Source: Candidatus Bathyarchaeota archaeon (GTDB lineage Archaea > Thermoproteota > Bathyarchaeia > Bathyarchaeales > Bathycorpusculaceae). From it: DNA of 64,000 bases. The DNA lies in assembly GCA_963815095.1 (NCBI GenBank), contig CAWFFH010000004.1:32001-96000 (forward strand), in the 5' to 3' direction. Below, one piece after another: positions 40,427-50,504 of the stretch (positions are counted from its first letter, which is position 1; the number at the start of each line of letters is the position of its first letter). The translations under genes were made by a program, and so were the position numbers. Under the pieces are notes generated by a model that ran no database searches, was not told the origin of the DNA, and worked only from the letters and a program-made list of their open reading frames with translations.

Positions 40427-40942
40427 CTATTTGGCAGATGCTAAATACTTTAGGTGGAAAGGTTTAATCACTATTCCGCCCTTCAAATCCGCATTGAAAG
40501 TTTGGCTTTCAACGACCCAATTCGACATTTCTGAATCAAGAGACCTGATAAACCCGGCGAAGTTTTCAAAGTTTTCATGAAGCGAAATGCAAACTGTATC
40601 CCACCCCATGCCTCTGCCGTCTAAAGCTAGAATCACGTTGGATTGTTTCTTGAACCATTCTTTCATACTCTTTAATGCCTCAGTCTTCTCCTCGCCAGTT
40701 GCATACTTTAGTTTGCTTTTCAAAAATGTTATAGCGGCAATTTCAAACCCTATTTGGCCAAATTTGGGGATAACTGTGTACCCTTCGATAAAGTTTTCTT
40801 CCAACATGGCTCTTCTGCGGGTCACTGTGGGCTGAGAAACACCTAAGGCTTTTGCAAGCTGCCTGTCGCTTCTGTGTGAATCCTTCATAAGCTCGAACAG
40901 AATCTTGTAATCTATTGGTTTTAGCTCTTTCATTACAATCAA
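40427..40942 (-). CDS. Lrp/AsnC-family regulator
   Basis: DYKILFELMKDSHRSDRQLAKALGVSQPTV. Confidence 0.85.
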   Translation of the reverse strand: MIVMKELKPIDYKILFELMKDSHRSDRQLAKALGVSQPTVTRRRAMLEENFIEGYTVIPKFGQIGFEIAAITFLKSKLKYATGEEKTEALKSMKEWFKKQSNVILALDGRGMGWDTVCISLHENFENFAGFIRSLDSEMSNWVVESQTFNADLKGGIVIKPFHLKYLASAK

Positions 40943-41094
40943 CTTTAACGATTTTTACTATCCATAGCACTTTTTGACATCATATATAAACATCATTGTT
41001 GAATAACCAAAAAACTATCCAAGTGCAACAGGGAGACAACAACAGGAACTCTTAAGAGAAAAAACCGCTTTTAAGTTGCAGGAGCCCCAAAAAG

Positions 41095-42453
41095 ATGCCA
41101 ATTCAAATGTTAGATGAAGTAGAAAAGGAAATTACCCATTTTCTAAGCGATTTAATTCGGATAAACACAACTAATCCGCCAGGCAATGAGACGGCAGCTG
41201 CCGAATTCATCGCCCAATACTTGGCACAGGAAGGTTTTAAAACGGAAATTATCGAGTCAGCACCAGGCAGGGGCAGTGTAGTAACTCGGCTTAACGGCTC
41301 AGGCGAAAAACCTAACCTTCTTCTTCTTTCACACATCGATGTTGTGGCAGCAAACCCGGCTGAATGGACAGTTGATCCGTTTGCTGGAATAGTAAAGGAC
41401 GGCTACGTTTATGGTAGAGGCGCTTATGACATGAAAGGCATGACCGCCATCGAAGTTTTAACTCTCTTGCTTCTCAAAAGAAACAAAGTTCCGCTTAAGG
41501 GTGACGTTGTTTTAGCGGCGACTGCTGATGAGGAAAAAGGTGGCGAAGAAGGAGCAGGGTACCTTCTTAGGAATCATAGAGAAAAAGTTTGGTGCCCGTT
41601 CATCCTCAATGAAGGCGGAGGACTAGCAATTCCACAGAAAAACGGTAACGTTTACCCAGTTCAGACGGCTGAAAAGGGAATTTTATGGTTTAAAATTAAA
41701 GCCAAAGGCACCCCTGGACACGGATCTACGCCAAATATGGCAGACAACGCCATTTTACGCATGAACAAAGTCATAACTAAACTTGGGGAATACCAGCCTG
41801 AAACATTATACGTGCCCACACTTAAGCGCTATTTAGAAGAAATAGCAAAAATTAACCCTGAGCTTGAACCCTCTTTTTCACGTTTACTAGGAAACCCAAA
41901 GCAAAGCGAACAAATCCTCGATGAATTGGCAAAAACAGACAAAGCGTTAGCTGAAGAAATCAGACCCAGAACCAAAACCACTCTGACTCCAACTATTATT
42001 CACGGCGGAATAAAAGAGAACATTATTCCTTCTGAGTGTGAGGCAGTTTTTGATTGCCGAGTTTTGCCAGGTCAAAGCGTAGATGAAACGCTTAATCAAA
42101 TCAAAGGGTTGCTGAAGGATGTGGGCTTGGACAAATTAAGTTTTGAAATCATCCAAATGCATGACGGTAACGAATCCACTACGCAAACGCCCCTCTACAA
42201 TGTTATTGACGATGTTTTGCGTGAGTTTGAACCTTGCTGTGGGGTGACGCCGACGTTGACAACGGGTGGGACTGATTCTCGCTTCTTTAGGGAAACGGGT
42301 AGCGTATGTTACGGTTTTCATCCGATGCGACCAGATGAGCCTAATAATTTGCTGGAAAAGCGGATGCATGGCATTGACGAACGCATAACTATCGAGAATC
42401 TTGTTTTTGGCACGAGCATCTTCTATGAGACTGTTAAGAGATTCATGACTTAA
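41095..42453 (+). CDS. M20/M25/M40 metallo-hydrolase
   Basis: HIDVV, GRGAYDMKG, DEE, GGTD, HGIDE. Confidence 0.92.
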   Translation: MPIQMLDEVEKEITHFLSDLIRINTTNPPGNETAAAEFIAQYLAQEGFKTEIIESAPGRGSVVTRLNGSGEKPNLLLLSHIDVVAANPAEWTVDPFAGIVKDGYVYGRGAYDMKGMTAIEVLTLLLLKRNKVPLKGDVVLAATADEEKGGEEGAGYLLRNHREKVWCPFILNEGGGLAIPQKNGNVYPVQTAEKGILWFKIKAKGTPGHGSTPNMADNAILRMNKVITKLGEYQPETLYVPTLKRYLEEIAKINPELEPSFSRLLGNPKQSEQILDELAKTDKALAEEIRPRTKTTLTPTIIHGGIKENIIPSECEAVFDCRVLPGQSVDETLNQIKGLLKDVGLDKLSFEIIQMHDGNESTTQTPLYNVIDDVLREFEPCCGVTPTLTTGGTDSRFFRETGSVCYGFHPMRPDEPNNLLEKRMHGIDERITIENLVFGTSIFYETVKRFMT

Positions 42454-42543
42454 CAATTCTCCCATCTTCTTTTGATTTCTTAACAGTTCAATATTTATTC
42501 TCATTCAACATAATACAAGCCTGTTTGAGAGGTAACCCTAACA

Positions 42544-43086
42544 ATGCTCGGTGGACAAGCTTTAGTAAAAAAGGAACTCCCAAACTTAAAAGCCTCTAAA
42601 ACTATCGGTTTAATTTCAGACACTCATGTTCCCAAAAGAGCTTTAGGTATTCCGAAGAAAGTTTTTGAAATCTTTGAAAGCGTAGATTACATTATTCATG
42701 CTGGCGACTTGGTTGAGTTGGCTGTGGTGGATGAGTTGGAGCAGATTGCACCTGTTTTAGCGGTACACGGCAACATGGATGGGTTAGAAACCGCAAATGC
42801 CCTTCCAACGCTTAATTTCCTAAACGTCTTCGATTGGAAAATTGCAGTTTCGCATGACCAGAACGCTTTTCAGGAACTGAATAAAACAAGCCAAACATCT
42901 GGAAAAATTGGGTTTGATGTTTTTGTTTACGGGCATACACATGTTGCGAACATTAGGTGGGAAGGAAGACTCCTCTACATTAATCCGGGTAGCCCAACTG
43001 ACCCCTCCTCTGTTATGGGTAAGCCTTCAGTGGGATTGCTAAAAATAACTAAAGAAGCAATAACGCCGCAAATAATTGACCTTTAA
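42544..43086 (+). CDS. Metallophosphoesterase (YfcE/MJ0936-like)
   Basis: SDTH, HAGD, GNMD, GHTH, INPGS. Confidence 0.92.
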   Translation: MLGGQALVKKELPNLKASKTIGLISDTHVPKRALGIPKKVFEIFESVDYIIHAGDLVELAVVDELEQIAPVLAVHGNMDGLETANALPTLNFLNVFDWKIAVSHDQNAFQELNKTSQTSGKIGFDVFVYGHTHVANIRWEGRLLYINPGSPTDPSSVMGKPSVGLLKITKEAITPQIIDL

Positions 43087-43541
43087 CGCAAAAGAGGTCC
43101 AATAAAAAGTGCATAAAGCGTTATTCCAAAGATTAGAGCGGTAACCCAAATTGTGAGGGTTTTTAGCATAAATTTTTTCCTTCTAATGCATCCTTGGATG
43201 TTCTTTTTAAATCGCCAAGAGGCAACTATCCAAATACCCAACGATAAAGCTGAGGCTCCGAGGATTCCATGAATTATCCCAATGATCGACACTGCTCCCA
43301 GGGGGTTTTTAAAAATGTATTGTGGTATCACAGCAAGAACTAAAGAGGGAATCATGATAGCAAAAACCGTTGAAAGATGCAAAATAAGGGCTGTTGCCAT
43401 GGTAAGTCCATGTTGTCTAAACTTTAATTTTTTCTTCAAGAAGTAGCCATAGCTGAGCAAAAATAGAACAATAATTTGAATTATTAAACTTGACGTGATG
43501 ATGAGAGCGGTAGGGTTATTTAAGAGGGTCATTAACGCCAC
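43083..43541 (-). CDS. Membrane protein (DUF420-like)
   Basis: 4 TM segments with conserved-looking His. Confidence 0.55.
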   Translation of the reverse strand: MALMTLLNNPTALIITSSLIIQIIVLFLLSYGYFLKKKLKFRQHGLTMATALILHLSTVFAIMIPSLVLAVIPQYIFKNPLGAVSIIGIIHGILGASALSLGIWIVASWRFKKNIQGCIRRKKFMLKTLTIWVTALIFGITLYALFIGPLLR

Positions 43542-43665
43542 AGCGTATCAATAAAAAAATCTATGTATAAAGATTACTTTCACTTACCTCTCCCCAGAAA
43601 CAAACATAAGTTTCGGCAACCACCTTAAAAGCAAAAACAGCAAAAGGGGTGTTGAGGAAAAATAC

Positions 43666-43803
43666 ATGGAACATTGTAAAAACCCCTGGAAAGACACCTG
43701 CACAAGCGAAAACATAAAACTCTACATCCAACTAAAAGGCGAAAACTTGCCCATATGCCAACAATGCTGGAGCAAAATTGCAGAACAAGAAGAGGAATGG
43801 TAA
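43666..43803 (+). CDS. 45-aa Cys-rich protein (below ORF track cutoff)
   Basis: MEHCKNPWKDTC...LPICQQCWSKIAEQEEEW*. Confidence 0.6.
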   Translation: MEHCKNPWKDTCTSENIKLYIQLKGENLPICQQCWSKIAEQEEEW

Positions 43804-43805
43804 AG

Positions 43806-44045
43806 ATGGAAAACTTCAGCGCCAATAGTGCAAGGTCTTTCATTGGAAGAAATGTGAACCTGCACCTAAAAGATGGGGCGGTTATAATAAACGTACAATT
43901 GACGAAAATTCACAGAGGCGTAGGAAAAAACAATAATGTAATAGAGTACTCTTTATCCGGTAACCACAAAGTTACTCGTGTGCCACTTAGAAACATTGCA
44001 TGGGCAGAAATGCTTAATATGAACTTTATGAAAAACCCCGCCTGA
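43806..44045 (+). CDS. Small hypothetical protein (Sm/SH3-like beta pattern)
   Basis: FIGRNVNLHLKDGAVIINV; coupled to the upstream gene. Confidence 0.55.
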   Translation: MENFSANSARSFIGRNVNLHLKDGAVIINVQLTKIHRGVGKNNNVIEYSLSGNHKVTRVPLRNIAWAEMLNMNFMKNPA

Positions 44046-44100
44046 AAATTCTCAAATTATAGATAAAAACACAAATACTCGCCATAACATTCATCCGTTT

Positions 44101-44481
44101 ATGCGCTGCTCAAACTGTGGAGTATGCTGCACAGAAACCGAAATGCTGCTCTCCAAAAAAGACATTAAACGCTTAGAAAAGAAGGGTTTTAGCCAAAACC
44201 AATTCGTAAACTACGATGAGCAAGGCTACGCAGTGCTAAAAAATCGTGATGGTCACTGTGTCTTCTATGACCTTAAAAATCGTCAGTGCAGCGTTTACGT
44301 GGACCGACCCGCAGGATGCAGAGTTTATCCAGTGATTGTTCATGAAGAAAAGGGAATAATTTTAGATAATATTTGTCAATCAAGAAAGTCGATAACTCAA
44401 TTGGAGAAAAATTTTAAAGGGAAACGGGTAATTAAGTTACTTGAAGAGATTGATGCTGAAGCATTAGAAAGGCGTTCTTGA
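44101..44481 (+). CDS. YkgJ-family cysteine-cluster protein
   Basis: CSNCGVCC...CVF...CSVYVDRPAGCRVYP. Confidence 0.85.
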   Translation: MRCSNCGVCCTETEMLLSKKDIKRLEKKGFSQNQFVNYDEQGYAVLKNRDGHCVFYDLKNRQCSVYVDRPAGCRVYPVIVHEEKGIILDNICQSRKSITQLEKNFKGKRVIKLLEEIDAEALERRS

Positions 44482-44488
44482 AAGTTTC

Positions 44489-44668
44489 TTATGATCTGTG
44501 GTTTGTAGCGTTTGCTTGTTTGCATTGCCAACATGCTACAATTGTGTGTTTTTGAGCGTCCACGTCATTATTTGGTACCATGCTTGTTCTTACAAGGTTG
44601 CCACAGTAGTCGCAAATGAGTTGTATTTCGGCAACGCGTTCATTGTTTTGAAGAACTTTGATGGGCAA
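44489..44668 (-). CDS. 59-aa zinc-ribbon protein (below ORF track cutoff)
   Basis: MPIKVLQ...ICDYCGN...ACWQCKQ; follows the RHH gene by 4 bp. Confidence 0.6.
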   Translation of the reverse strand: MPIKVLQNNERVAEIQLICDYCGNLVRTSMVPNNDVDAQKHTIVACWQCKQANATNHRS

Positions 44669-44672
44669 AAAT

Positions 44673-44819
44673 TTACTTTCCTGATTTGGTGGCTTTTTCG
44701 TTTGCCATTAGGTACTCGATGTATTCTTTTATTGTGCGGTTTGTTTCTTTTGCTTTTCTTCTGATGTCTTCATGGAGTTTATCGGTAACAGTTATGCATT
44801 TGTATCCTTTTCGTGGCAA
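44673..44819 (-). CDS. 48-aa RHH-like protein, homologue of proviral 9982-10164
   Basis: MPRKGYKCITVTDKLHEDIRRKAKETNRTIKEYIEYLM; 14/38 identical ungapped; GAGGAG RBS. Confidence 0.7.
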   Translation of the reverse strand: MPRKGYKCITVTDKLHEDIRRKAKETNRTIKEYIEYLMANEKATKSGK

Positions 44820-44861
44820 AAAATATCTCCTCATGTCCTTTTTCTTTGGTGACGGATATTA

Positions 44862-44878
44862 AGCCGTACTTTACGGTA
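44862..44878. promoter_or_regulatory. Operator-like AGCCGTAC-T-TTACGGTA
   Basis: 13/16 match to the proviral operator consensus; lies between the two RHH genes. Confidence 0.55.
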
Positions 44879-44998
44879 CTTAACCATTCTATAAATATAT
44901 AATTAGCGGTGAGTTAGCGATGTATTGTTGCTACTGTTATTTTGTCAAACTTTAAATAAATGTACGTTCGGTAACTATGATTTAGAGAGGGAACCTGA

Positions 44999-45181
44999 AC
45001 GCCGAAGAAAGGCTATAAAAGCATCACTGTGAAGACCGAGGTTTACGATTACTTTTTTAATGAATGGCTCAAAGTCAAAGATGAATACGCAATAAAAAAG
45101 GGCATACATAGCTTCTCAGCCTATATCACTTACCTTTTGGCTCAGCTGATAAATGAAGACAAAAAATCTTCCAAAGAATAA
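44999..45181 (+). CDS. 60-aa RHH-like protein, homologue of proviral 9591-9785; begins with ACG
   Basis: (T)PKKGYKSITVKTEVYDYFFNEW...KKGIHSFSAYITYLL; 30/53 identical ungapped; in-frame TGA directly upstream. Confidence 0.7.
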   Translation, partial: TPKKGYKSITVKTEVYDYFFNEWLKVKDEYAIKKGIHSFSAYITYLLAQLINEDKKSSKE

Positions 45182-45243
45182 ACCCCAGAAAATCCCTACA
45201 ACTTTAAATAAGCCTTGAACTGACTTAGCAAAGGTGAAAAGTT

Positions 45244-46248
45244 ATGTCTTGCTCAGTAATTGTTGGCGCCTTCTGGGGAGACGAAGGCAAAGGAAAAATA
45301 ATCTCGTACTTAGCACTAAAAGATAACCTTGATTTCTGTGTTAGAACTGGCTCAGTTAATGCTGCCCATACGGTTTGGTTTGAAGGCAAAAAATATGCGT
45401 TACACATGGTGCCTGCTGCGTTTATAAATCCCAAAACGCGTTTGCTGATTGCTGCAGGTGCAAACGTTGATGTTAAAACATTTTTTGATGAAATGGCGCT
45501 TACCCAAGTCGACGCAAAACGGATGGGCATAGATCAGAACGCTTCCATAATTGAGCAGAAACATTGTGAACAAGACAAGGCGAGTGCTGTTAACAAGGGC
45601 ATTGGAACTACAGGCAGGGGTGTTGGACCTGCGTTGGAGGAGCGGGTTAGGCGCACGGCTAAACTTGCCAAAGATATTCCTGAACTCAAACCCTATCTTG
45701 CCGATGAAATAGGTGAAGTTAATGATGGGTTGGATGCTGGCAAAAGTGTGCTTCTTGAAGGTACTCAAGGCTTTATGTTGTCGCTTTTCTTAGGCGGCGG
45801 CTACCCTTACGTGACTGGACGAGACACAGGTGCATCTGCTATTGCCTCTGAAGCTGGTGTTGGACCAACAAGAGTTGACGACGTCATCATAGTTTACAAG
45901 TCCTTCATGACCCGTGTTGGTGCTGGACCTTTACCCGGCGAAATAACCAAGGAAGAAGCTCTGAAGCGAGGTTGGTTTGAGGTTGCTGCTGGAACAGGCC
46001 GCGACCGACGCAGCGCACCATTTGACTTTGACTTAGCCAAGAAAACTGCAAAAATAAACGGCGCCACCCAAGCTGCTATGACAAAACTCGATTGCATTTA
46101 TCCAAGCTGTAAAGGTGCCCGAAAATACAATGACCTACCCAAAGAGGCAAAGGATTTCATAAAAGAAGCAGAAACCCGAACCGGTGTCCCCATTGTCTTC
46201 ATCGGAACAGGACCAGATGCCCTCGACCTAATAGACCGCAGGCCATAG
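45244..46248 (+). CDS. purA: Adenylosuccinate synthetase (short archaeal type)
   Basis: WGDEGKGK, GTTGRGVGP, EGTQG, TRVGAGP. Confidence 0.95.
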   Translation: MSCSVIVGAFWGDEGKGKIISYLALKDNLDFCVRTGSVNAAHTVWFEGKKYALHMVPAAFINPKTRLLIAAGANVDVKTFFDEMALTQVDAKRMGIDQNASIIEQKHCEQDKASAVNKGIGTTGRGVGPALEERVRRTAKLAKDIPELKPYLADEIGEVNDGLDAGKSVLLEGTQGFMLSLFLGGGYPYVTGRDTGASAIASEAGVGPTRVDDVIIVYKSFMTRVGAGPLPGEITKEEALKRGWFEVAAGTGRDRRSAPFDFDLAKKTAKINGATQAAMTKLDCIYPSCKGARKYNDLPKEAKDFIKEAETRTGVPIVFIGTGPDALDLIDRRP

Positions 46249-46293
46249 CAACTTTTATTTTCCTATTTGTTAATCCTCTTTCGAGGCAAAGTC

Positions 46294-47451
46294 ATGTTAA
46301 CGTCTAATGGGACCAGCAAAGCCTCAGCCAGCATTCTCATAATGATCTTCGTTGCAGGATTGCTCGCTGGAGGATTATTGTTCTTTTATATTAATTATCA
46401 GCAGGTTTCTACTCTAAACCGTTTGCAAAGTGAGGTTTCAGCTCTGCGAGGTTTCCAAAATGCTACTACTCAAAACATCACCATATTAGAGAATGGAACT
46501 TCGCTATCGGATCTTTACGCTAATTTGCGGTCGTCAGTGGTTTTGGTTCAGGGTGATACAAGTGATGGAGGCGTTCAGGGCTCAGGCTTTGTTTACAACT
46601 TTGCTGGCCAAACCGTTGTTTTAACCAATTACCATGTTGTTCAAGGTACATCCAATTTAAGCGTGACTTTTTCCGATGGTCATGGTTATGGAGCTACTGT
46701 TTTGGGAACTGACTCTTATTCCGATTTTGCAGTTGTTTCCGTAAATGATGCCCCTGCCTCTGAGTTTAAGCCCATCACGATTGTCAGTTCTTCTGGTTTG
46801 CGTGTAGGCGAACCAGTCATTGCTATTGGAAATCCCTATGGACTCGTTGGTTCCTTAACCACAGGCGTTGTGAGTGCAACAGGCAGAACAATCACGGAAA
46901 ATGCTTCGGGCGGATTTGCAATCGCCAACATAATCCAAACTAGTACTCCTATTAATCCTGGAAACTCGGGTGGTCCACTGCTCAACTCCGTTGGAGATGT
47001 CGTAGGTATAACCGCTGCGATTGTTTCTGACTCTCAAGGGTTAGGTTTCGCTATCCCCTCGGATACAATCCTAAGAGAAGTGTCATCTTTGATTACAACA
47101 GGCTCCTATCGTGGGCACTCTTATCTGGGCGTCATTGGAACTGACATGGATTATAGTACTGCTCAAAAACAAGGTGCAAGCGTTACTTATGGTTGGCAAC
47201 TTTCTAGTATAAACAGCGGAGGACCATCAGACGGAAAATTACTCGTGAATGATATCATAATCGCGATGGGCGTCCAAAATGCAAATGGTTCCGTTACAAA
47301 CCAGCAAACCATTAAAAATAACGATGACTTAGCAAGCTACTTAGAACAAAACACCCTTCCGGGCAACACTTTAGTTTTAAAGGTTGTTCGGGGAAACAGC
47401 CAGATCGATGTCACTTTGACATTGGGAACTCGACCTGTACCGGCAAGTTGA
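46294..47451 (+). CDS. HtrA/DegP-like serine protease with PDZ domain
   Basis: GSGF, TNYHVV, INPGNSGGPL. Confidence 0.92.
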   Translation: MLTSNGTSKASASILIMIFVAGLLAGGLLFFYINYQQVSTLNRLQSEVSALRGFQNATTQNITILENGTSLSDLYANLRSSVVLVQGDTSDGGVQGSGFVYNFAGQTVVLTNYHVVQGTSNLSVTFSDGHGYGATVLGTDSYSDFAVVSVNDAPASEFKPITIVSSSGLRVGEPVIAIGNPYGLVGSLTTGVVSATGRTITENASGGFAIANIIQTSTPINPGNSGGPLLNSVGDVVGITAAIVSDSQGLGFAIPSDTILREVSSLITTGSYRGHSYLGVIGTDMDYSTAQKQGASVTYGWQLSSINSGGPSDGKLLVNDIIIAMGVQNANGSVTNQQTIKNNDDLASYLEQNTLPGNTLVLKVVRGNSQIDVTLTLGTRPVPAS

Positions 47452-47598
47452 TTTTTTTTATTACTTTCTTTTTAGAAGAAGTATTGATAATCAATATTGA
47501 TGTATGGAAAGATACATTAAGGCTTACCAGTGCAAGGATAGATTTAACACTGCTATGTAAGAGGACACGTTGGCAGCTATAGCGAGGGGGAACATGAG

Positions 47599-49272
47599 AT
47601 GGATGAGTTAGAGGGTGTACTGAAAGGACAGAAAATAGCCTATTTCTCTATGGAAGTGGGCTTAACAAGTGAGATTCCCACATATGCGGGCGGTTTAGGC
47701 ACATTGGCAGGGGATGCTATCCGTTCAAGCGCAGACCTAAAACTTCCCCTCGTTGCGGTTACGTTAATCAGTAAACGAAATTATTTTAAACAAACCCTTG
47801 ACCAAAACGGACGACAATTCGAGCAACCTCGAGAGTGGAATCCTGAAAAATTCATGACTCTTCTTCCAAACGAAGTTTTCGTCCAAGTTGAAGGGCGCAC
47901 AGTTAAGGTTAGAGCATGGCTCTACAAGTACCGAAGCATCATTGGTGGAGTAGTTCCAGTTCTGTTTCTTGATACTGATTGTGAAGGAAACACCCCTGAA
48001 GATAGGGAGATAACCTTTTACCTCTATGGCGGAAATGAGCGGTACCGTCTCAAGCAGGAGGCGATTTTGGGGTTTGGTGGGGTGCGGATGCTTGATGCTT
48101 TGGGTTTTAAGGTAAGAAAATACCACATGAATGAAGGACATTCTAGTCTTCTGTCGGTTGAGCTTTTATGTAAGTGCGGAGGGGACGCAGATAAGGTTCG
48201 AGAACTATGCATTTTCACCACACACACCCCGGTGGAAGCTGGGCATGACAAATTCGGCTACGATTTAGTGGCGGAAGTTCTGCAGACCGCTGATTTAGCT
48301 ATGTTAAAAGAGTATGGCGGTTGCGAGCGGCTGAACATGACCTCCTTAGCGTTGAATTTGAGTAACTATGTTAACGGCGTAGCTAAGCGTCATCAAGAAA
48401 TTTCGAGCAAAATGTTCGCGGGCTACGAAATCCATGCTGTAACCAACGGGGTTCACTCTTTTACTTGGACCGGGGAGAGTTACCGTAAAGTTTTTGATAA
48501 ATACTTGGTTGGTTGGGCAATTGAGCCTGAGTTGCTGGCGAAAGTGGACATTATTCCTGATTGTGAAATTTGGCAAGCCCACGAAGAACAAAAACAAGTC
48601 TTAATTGATTATGCAAACCAAGCTACAAACGCCAATCTGGGCGTAGATGTGTTAACTTTGGGGTTTGCGCGAAGGGCAACTGAGTACAAGAGGCCAACTT
48701 TGCTGTTTTCAAATCTTGACAGGCTACGTGCGATCAGCCGAAAAGGGAAGTTTCAAGTTATATTTGCTGGCAAAGCGCACCCCCGAGATGAAGGTGGAAA
48801 ACGGCTCATCGAACAAATCTACAGTTACGCCAAACAACTCAAAGATGACATTGAAATTGTGTATTTGGAAGATTACAGCATGAACATCGCATCCAAGATG
48901 GTTGGAGGCGTTGATGTTTGGCTTAACACTCCCTTGCGTCCGATGGAGGCTTCTGGAACTAGCGGCATGAAGGCTGCCCACAACGGCGTCATAAACTTCA
49001 GCGTCCTCGATGGCTGGTGGATTGAAGGCTGGATCGAAAACCTCACCGGTTGGGCAATTGGACCCCACTCCACCGAAAACATAGGCAACCAAGACCTCAC
49101 CTCAAAAGAAGCCGAAGACCTCTACAACAAACTAGAATACGTCATCACCCCCATGTTCTACGACCGGCACGACGAATGGATAAAGATGATGAAGAACTCC
49201 ATCGGCAAAATTGCGTATTACTTTAACAGCCATCGAATGATGCGTCGTTACGTAACCGATGCATACCTATAG
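47599..49272 (+). CDS. glgP: Alpha-glucan phosphorylase
   Basis: AYFSME, GGLG, HMNEGH, EASGTSGMKAAHNG. Confidence 0.92.
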   Translation: MDELEGVLKGQKIAYFSMEVGLTSEIPTYAGGLGTLAGDAIRSSADLKLPLVAVTLISKRNYFKQTLDQNGRQFEQPREWNPEKFMTLLPNEVFVQVEGRTVKVRAWLYKYRSIIGGVVPVLFLDTDCEGNTPEDREITFYLYGGNERYRLKQEAILGFGGVRMLDALGFKVRKYHMNEGHSSLLSVELLCKCGGDADKVRELCIFTTHTPVEAGHDKFGYDLVAEVLQTADLAMLKEYGGCERLNMTSLALNLSNYVNGVAKRHQEISSKMFAGYEIHAVTNGVHSFTWTGESYRKVFDKYLVGWAIEPELLAKVDIIPDCEIWQAHEEQKQVLIDYANQATNANLGVDVLTLGFARRATEYKRPTLLFSNLDRLRAISRKGKFQVIFAGKAHPRDEGGKRLIEQIYSYAKQLKDDIEIVYLEDYSMNIASKMVGGVDVWLNTPLRPMEASGTSGMKAAHNGVINFSVLDGWWIEGWIENLTGWAIGPHSTENIGNQDLTSKEAEDLYNKLEYVITPMFYDRHDEWIKMMKNSIGKIAYYFNSHRMMRRYVTDAYL

Positions 49273-49354
49273 TTTACTATTGGCGACAAAGTTTTTTTTC
49301 CATTTATATGTATATTTTTGACGGTTGTCTTGCAACACTTTTTTTTGTTTTCAA

Positions 49355-49510
49355 TTGTTGTTGCAACTGGCCTGCAGAATGCAGCAGCAACAACAACAAC
49401 AACTTCTCTGGCTCTAAACGGCTCAAATTAATGCTGTAATTTGAATTAGTTTTGATAGATGATGCTGTTGATGTGCAAATCGTTGTTGTATCATCATTAT
49501 CATCATCTTC
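49355..49510. repeat. Low-complexity trinucleotide tract (CAA/GCA/GAT/CAT runs)
   Basis: GCAGCAGCAACAACAACAACAAC, GATGATGCTGTTGATG, CATCATTATCATCATC. Confidence 0.6.
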
Positions 49511-49710
49511 TCTTAGCTTATATTATTAATTAGCTGTTAAGTCTGAGGTCTAGAAGTTTTTGAAAGAAGAAGGACATTTTCCTGTAGGCACAGCAGTTCT
49601 TCTTCTTTTAACTAAATAGTCAAAAACCAAATTAGCTCTTTTGTTGTTTGTTTGGGTGTGTTTTGCGAATATTTTAAATAGTTGTAAATCTGATTGTATT
49701 TACAGAGCGT

Positions 49711-50194
49711 TATGGCACCAACTTGTTCCATCTCCTCACCCTTAAGTCAAAGCCAAAGAGACATTTGGCAACTAATCAGTACAGGCCTTTCCGTAACCAA
49801 AATCGCTGAAAAACTCAAAACCACCCGCCAATACGTCAACCAAACCCGAATAGCAACAGAAGCTAAACTAGCAACAACCCTTCTAGACGTCGCACAAGTC
49901 AACGACCTCCAAATAACAAAACTATACCCCAAGCAAGCCATACTCCTTGGCTACCACCCGGAATTAAAAAAGAAAGCCATTATTACCTACACCACCAGCC
50001 ACGGGCTCAAAGTATGGTACTGGCACGACAACCCTCAAGAAGTCACAGACACAACCTTCCTAAACCAAACAAGACAATACCTAATCGATATCGCTAAAGA
50101 ACGAGGAATAGAAATCGACGGCTCTAAGTCAATTCATCCTGCCAAACTAGCACACATGATTTTCTCACAACTTATTCCAGAGTTGAAAACATGA
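49711..50194 (+). CDS. HTH (sigma-4/LuxR-like) transcription regulator
   Basis: LSQSQRDIWQL...GLSVTKIAEKLKTTRQYVNQT. Confidence 0.7.
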
Positions 50195-50500
50195 CAGTAA
50201 AGAAGAGTTTGGAAAATCGCATTCGAGGTTGGTTTCCCAAAGAGCCCGTCTTTGGCAGCACTCAAACCAAGAGTAACGCACATATTAGCAAAGAAATTAC
50301 GGAAACAAAAAGAATCGGTTTAAGGATTCTTGACGTTATCGGAATTACTCTGTTGGGATTCTCCAATTTACGTTTATTTGGTTGACACTCATGCATGGCG
50401 TCTGGCATGGGTTACGAATGTGTCTTTTGTTGTTATCGGAGTAATTGCAATCGCTTTGACTATTTTCATTTGGGGAAGAGCCCGAAGACAAATGAGTTGA
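50191..50500 (+). CDS. Membrane protein with N-terminal RIRGWFPKEP motif (frameshift ~50362)
   Basis: ORF 50191-50385 continues in another frame: PIYVYLVDTHAWRLAW...WGRARRQMS* (TGA 50498-50500). Confidence 0.55.
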
Positions 50501-50504
50501 AAAC

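Noticed and set aside
44498-44764. 88-aa plus-strand ORF
   Set aside because: Shadow of the minus-strand RHH and Zn-ribbon genes, which have homology and an RBS
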